DNA of 20,737 bases from an uncultured virus (IMG/VR IMGVR_UViG_2671180842_000001) (Duplodnaviria > Heunggongvirae > Uroviricota > Caudoviricetes): IMG/VR virus record IMGVR_UViG_2671180842_000001, one strand, 5' to 3'. The translations under genes were made by a program, and so were the position numbers. Shown one piece after another: positions 18,021-20,737 of this stretch (positions are counted from its first letter, which is position 1; every line of letters begins with the position of its first letter). Under the pieces are notes generated by a model, which saw only the letters and a list, made by a program, of their open reading frames with translations, did not search any database and had not been told where the DNA came from.

Positions 18021-18535
18021 TGTAAATATCCTAACCATTTCCCTCTATTAGATGCTGCATAAGAGGAAACATTAAAGTATTCTGCAATTTTTGAAGTGTC
18101 GACCTTATTACCTACTGTGTTTTCATCCATAATTCTTTTATATTCATGTTTAGGCATCAACAAGGCTGCTGCAAATTCATTGGATTGATACTCCTTATTG
18201 GTATTGCCACTTCTAAAATACTGATTTCCATCTTGACTATTCCATAGTTCATCATCAATGCCATAACCCATGTGTAAAAATAAATGTCCAAGTTCATGAG
18301 CAATGGTAAAATTCTTTCTGGTATCTGGTTGATAAGGAGATACCACTATTTCAAATGAATCATCAACTTTTCTAATAAATCCATCAGAGTATCCACTTAA
18401 AGAACTATCTTCTATTACCTTGCCTCCTAAAGCATCAACAACTTGATTTATATTTACTATTGGAATTTGGATTTTGTATGTTTGGATAATATCTTGGGTT
18501 ATATCATTAATTAGCTCTCTGATTTTGAAATCCAT
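18014..18535 (-). CDS. ImmA/IrrE-family Zn metallopeptidase (Peptidase_M78/DUF955), no HTH domain
   Basis: 'RKNFTIAHELGHLFLH' (HExxH) and 'EYQSNEFAAALLMP'; RBS AAGGATGTG. Confidence 0.9.
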   Translation of the reverse strand: MDFKIRELINDITQDIIQTYKIQIPIVNINQVVDALGGKVIEDSSLSGYSDGFIRKVDDSFEIVVSPYQPDTRKNFTIAHELGHLFLHMGYGIDDELWNSQDGNQYFRSGNTNKEYQSNEFAAALLMPKHEYKRIMDENTVGNKVDTSKIAEYFNVSSYAASNRGKWLGYLQW

Positions 18536-19023
18536 AAAATCACATCCTTATATAATATTTTATTTAAATAATTATTTATTATAATATTCATTATATCAAA
18601 AACTATTTTTTTTGGTACATTTAATATTAATTATTTTCATTAACCTTTTGTATTATACAATATAATTATACCATATAAAAACTGTTTTTTGTCGAATGTA
18701 TGTTTGAAAAAATAAAAATTAGTAAATTATCTTAAAAATAATTAGATATACTTTGGAAGCAATAAGAATATTAACAATAAGATAAATCGTTGAAATACCA
18801 ACATGTGTTAAATAATAACAATAAACAAATAATAAAATTTTAGATTTCAGAATATGAAAGAACCAAAAAACGATTAACTAGTAATCTTAATTAAATTCAT
18901 TTAGTTGATGTTAAAGTATGAAAACTATAGTAGAAGTTGTAATAATAAAACGAACGAAAATTATCATACTAAAACATAATACATGCTATAATTGTATTAG
19001 ATAAATGCTTGAATATATACCAA

Positions 19024-19055
19024 AAGTACTCTTTTTATAAGAGTGCTTATTTTTT
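19024..19055 (+). terminator. Intrinsic terminator
   Basis: AAGTACTCTT-tttat-AAGAGTGCTT followed by ATTTTTT. Confidence 0.65.
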
Positions 19056-19205
19056 GAAATTCATCAACATATAAACTATCAAGAACATTACTCAACACAC
19101 CTTAAAATTGATTTAAATTCTTTTTCATACACAAAGTTATATGATATAATAAAAAAGTAAATATGTAACCCCAACACATCTTTACTAAGTCAAACATTAT
19201 TATAT

Positions 19206-19236
19206 AGAGCATTCTTCATTATGGAGAGTGCTTTTT
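19206..19236. terminator. Intrinsic terminator-like hairpin (possibly bidirectional)
   Basis: AGAGCATTCTTCA-tta-TGGAGAGTGCTTT then TT; abuts the stop codon of the minus-strand 62-aa gene. Confidence 0.6.
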
Positions 19237-19424
19237 CATTTCTTTGAATAATCATGTTGATTATTTATAATATTTTCATTTAATTTATCTTTATCTATCA
19301 AATTTAATGCACAATTAATACAAATGTTAGTTTTCATATGACTTTTCTTATGAAAAGTAATATACTTATTATCATCTTTATTTATTCCTTTATTACAGTA
19401 ATCACATAATATAGTCTTAGTCAT
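19236..19424 (-). CDS. Small putative zinc-binding protein (CxxC...CxxC)
   Basis: 62 aa with 'CDYC' and 'CINC'; RBS AAAGGA upstream of ATG. Confidence 0.65.
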   Translation of the reverse strand: MTKTILCDYCNKGINKDDNKYITFHKKSHMKTNICINCALNLIDKDKLNENIINNQHDYSKK

Positions 19425-19683
19425 ATTTTTATTCCTTTCATTTTATATTTTCTATAATTAAGTTTAACATATTTAGTATATACCTATGTATATATATATT
19501 TAAAACAATGTTTTTTATTGCAATATAGAATATATTGTATAAATAAAAAATATGAAGAATAGATATTTGATAATTGTAAAATTATGTTATAATTAAAATG
19601 CAAGAATAATCTTGTGGAACTACAATCTAAGAGTGGAGCTTCATTTTCTACATTCCATCCCTTAAAAGGAAGGAGGTGGAGAA

Positions 19684-19827
19684 ATGAGCGAATTTTTACT
19701 AGGAGTGTTAGCTAGTTTAACAGCTAGCTTTATTACATATATTATTTCCAGAAAAGTAAAAAGCCACTCTGGCAGGAGTGACTTTGAGCTTGATGTAAAA
19801 ATCAAGTTTAATAAAAAACGACATTAA
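19684..19827 (+). CDS. Type I toxin-antitoxin toxin, 47 aa membrane peptide (resembles C. difficile prophage toxins such as CD0977.1/CD2889)
   Basis: MSEFLLGVLASLTASFITYIISRKVKSHSGRSDFELDVKIKFNKKRH*: N-terminal TM helix and Lys-rich tail. Strong RBS AAGGAGGTG; extended -10 TGTTATAAT at 19585-19593. Below the ORF-track cutoff. Confidence 0.85.
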   Translation: MSEFLLGVLASLTASFITYIISRKVKSHSGRSDFELDVKIKFNKKRH

Positions 19828-19899
19828 TATTTAGTTAATGAAACTTCACTCTAGGCTAATAGATTGTAGTTTCTTTTTTTGTTTTTGATACGAATTTAC
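19752..19899 (-). ncRNA. Antisense antitoxin RNA of the type I TA module (approximate ends)
   Basis: Minus-strand TATAAT at 19911-19906. Minus-strand terminator AAAGTCACTC-ctgcca-GAGTGGCTTT-TTACTTTT (19785-19752) lies inside the toxin CDS; convergent overlap with the toxin 3' end. Confidence 0.72.
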
Positions 19900-20029
19900 A
19901 TCTTTATTATATCGCATTTTGAGAAAAAATAAAACTATGAATATTAGAAATATATTTTATTTTATCTCTAAGTATATATATTATTAGCCACCTAAAAAAC
20001 TTTCACAAAAACAAAAAGAGTATATGTTT

Positions 20030-20125
20030 TTGATAACTGGATGATATAACTTATAACTCATTTTACAATTCTTAGTTCATATATATTTATGCCACTAAAT
20101 TTCTCTAGTTTTGCCGATTTAGTTT
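20030..20125 (-). promoter_or_regulatory. Degenerate c-di-GMP-I (GEMM) riboswitch-like element
   Basis: Minus strand reads AAACTAAATCGGCAAAACTAGAGAAATTTAGTGGCATAAATATATATGAACTAAG...ATATCATCCAGTTATC. The GGCAAA/GAAA-tetraloop stem is intact; the downstream consensus positions are eroded. Confidence 0.65.
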
Positions 20126-20140
20126 TATTCTACAACTAAA

Positions 20141-20169
20141 ATAATACAATAGAATTAGTTATTATTCAA
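20141..20169 (-). promoter_or_regulatory. Sigma-A-like promoter driving the riboswitch-like leader
   Basis: TTGAAT(20169-20164)-17 nt-TATTAT(20146-20141), just upstream of the aptamer. Confidence 0.6.
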
Positions 20170-20353
20170 CAAGATTGTTTGAAAATTTAATAAATTTATA
20201 GATATGAACATTATTTTACACTTGAAAAAACAGACTAAATACGTAGAATATATGGAAAAATTTACCTGTGGTTTTTGTGATAAAAAGCTCATATTATTAA
20301 TTTAAGTTAGATAAATTTGAAGAAGTGACATAAATTGAAAGAAGGAATATATT

Positions 20354-20737
20354 ATGTTGAATAAAAAACTACCAGATGCAGAATTAAAAATTATGAAATA
20401 CATATGGAATACTGGTTATAAAACTGTAATATCAAAAGATGTTGCAGATGAAATAGAAAAAACATATGGTTGGAAGCATACAACTACAATTACACTTTTA
20501 GCTAGATTAACCAAAAAAGGTTTTTTAATATCGCAGAGAATTGGGAAACATGTACACTATACAGTACTAGTAAAAGAAAGAGAATATCTTAAATTAGAAG
20601 GCAAAAGAATTTTTGGAGGTTTACATAACAATCCTTTATCAGAACTAATTACAAAATTACATGATAAAGAAGAAATAACTGAAGAAAAAATAATGGAAAT
20701 AGCAGATTGGATAAAAAGCTGGAAAGATGAAGATTAA
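20354..20737 (+). CDS. BlaI/MecI/CopY-family transcriptional repressor
   Basis: 'LPDAELKIMKYIW', 'WKHTTTITLLARLTKKGFL' winged helix; RBS GAAGGA; complete, with stop at 20735-20737. Confidence 0.9.
   Translation: MLNKKLPDAELKIMKYIWNTGYKTVISKDVADEIEKTYGWKHTTTITLLARLTKKGFLISQRIGKHVHYTVLVKEREYLKLEGKRIFGGLHNNPLSELITKLHDKEEITEEKIMEIADWIKSWKDED

Noticed and set aside
15870..18038. Calling the locus a canonical Pycsar (pycC-pycTM)
   Set aside because: The genes are convergent rather than co-transcribed, and the cyclase-like protein has divergent motifs and a Nudix fusion; gene symbols withheld.
18551..18670. AT-only palindromes and several TATAAT boxes upstream of the peptidase gene
   Set aside because: Expected by chance at this AT content; no -35 with good spacing, so no specific promoter or operator was called.
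18789..18802. GTTG-AAATAC-CAAC palindrome as a recombination/attachment site
   Set aside because: Only 4-bp arms, single copy, and no integrase or resolvase in the window.
20222..20249. BlaI autoregulatory operator overlapping a TTGAAA-16-TAGAAT promoter
   Set aside because: The palindrome (CTA-AATACG-TAG) is too weak to support from sequence alone.
18536..20353. CRISPR array or solitary CRISPR repeat, as often found in C. difficile prophages
   Set aside because: No regularly spaced ~29-bp repeats seen; only short ATGTAAAT-like matches expected by chance in AT-rich DNA.

Overview
AT-rich, clostridial-type (Clostridioides difficile-like) temperate myovirus/prophage segment. 1-15261 (+) is a co-directional late operon: 3' part of an HK97-type major capsid gene, head-tail joining genes, a PBSX/diffocin-like contractile tail (sheath, tube, chaperone with -1 slippery site, short tape measure, LysM protein, XkdQ-like hub fused to 3D and NlpC/P60 domains, XkdR/S/T/U-like baseplate), tail fibre, glycine-rich receptor-binding protein, two small tail-associated genes, then XhlA-like protein, holin and amidase endolysin. 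Three structural genes carry single-base frameshifts (about 1081, 6041, 13300), from either sequencing error or prophage decay. After the lysis module is an accessory block. It holds an orphan moron gene and a Pycsar-type (PycTM/DUF5706-like) transmembrane effector, which converges on an operon of an ImmA/IrrE-type metallopeptidase and a divergent class III nucleotidyl cyclase fused to a degenerate Nudix domain. This is the best candidate for an undescribed cyclic-nucleotide anti-phage system. Further on are two possible short sRNA units, a small CxxC-CxxC protein, an unlisted 47-aa type I toxin with its antisense antitoxin RNA, a degenerate c-di-GMP-I riboswitch and a BlaI-family repressor. 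All family assignments come from motif recognition and gene order; no database search was run.
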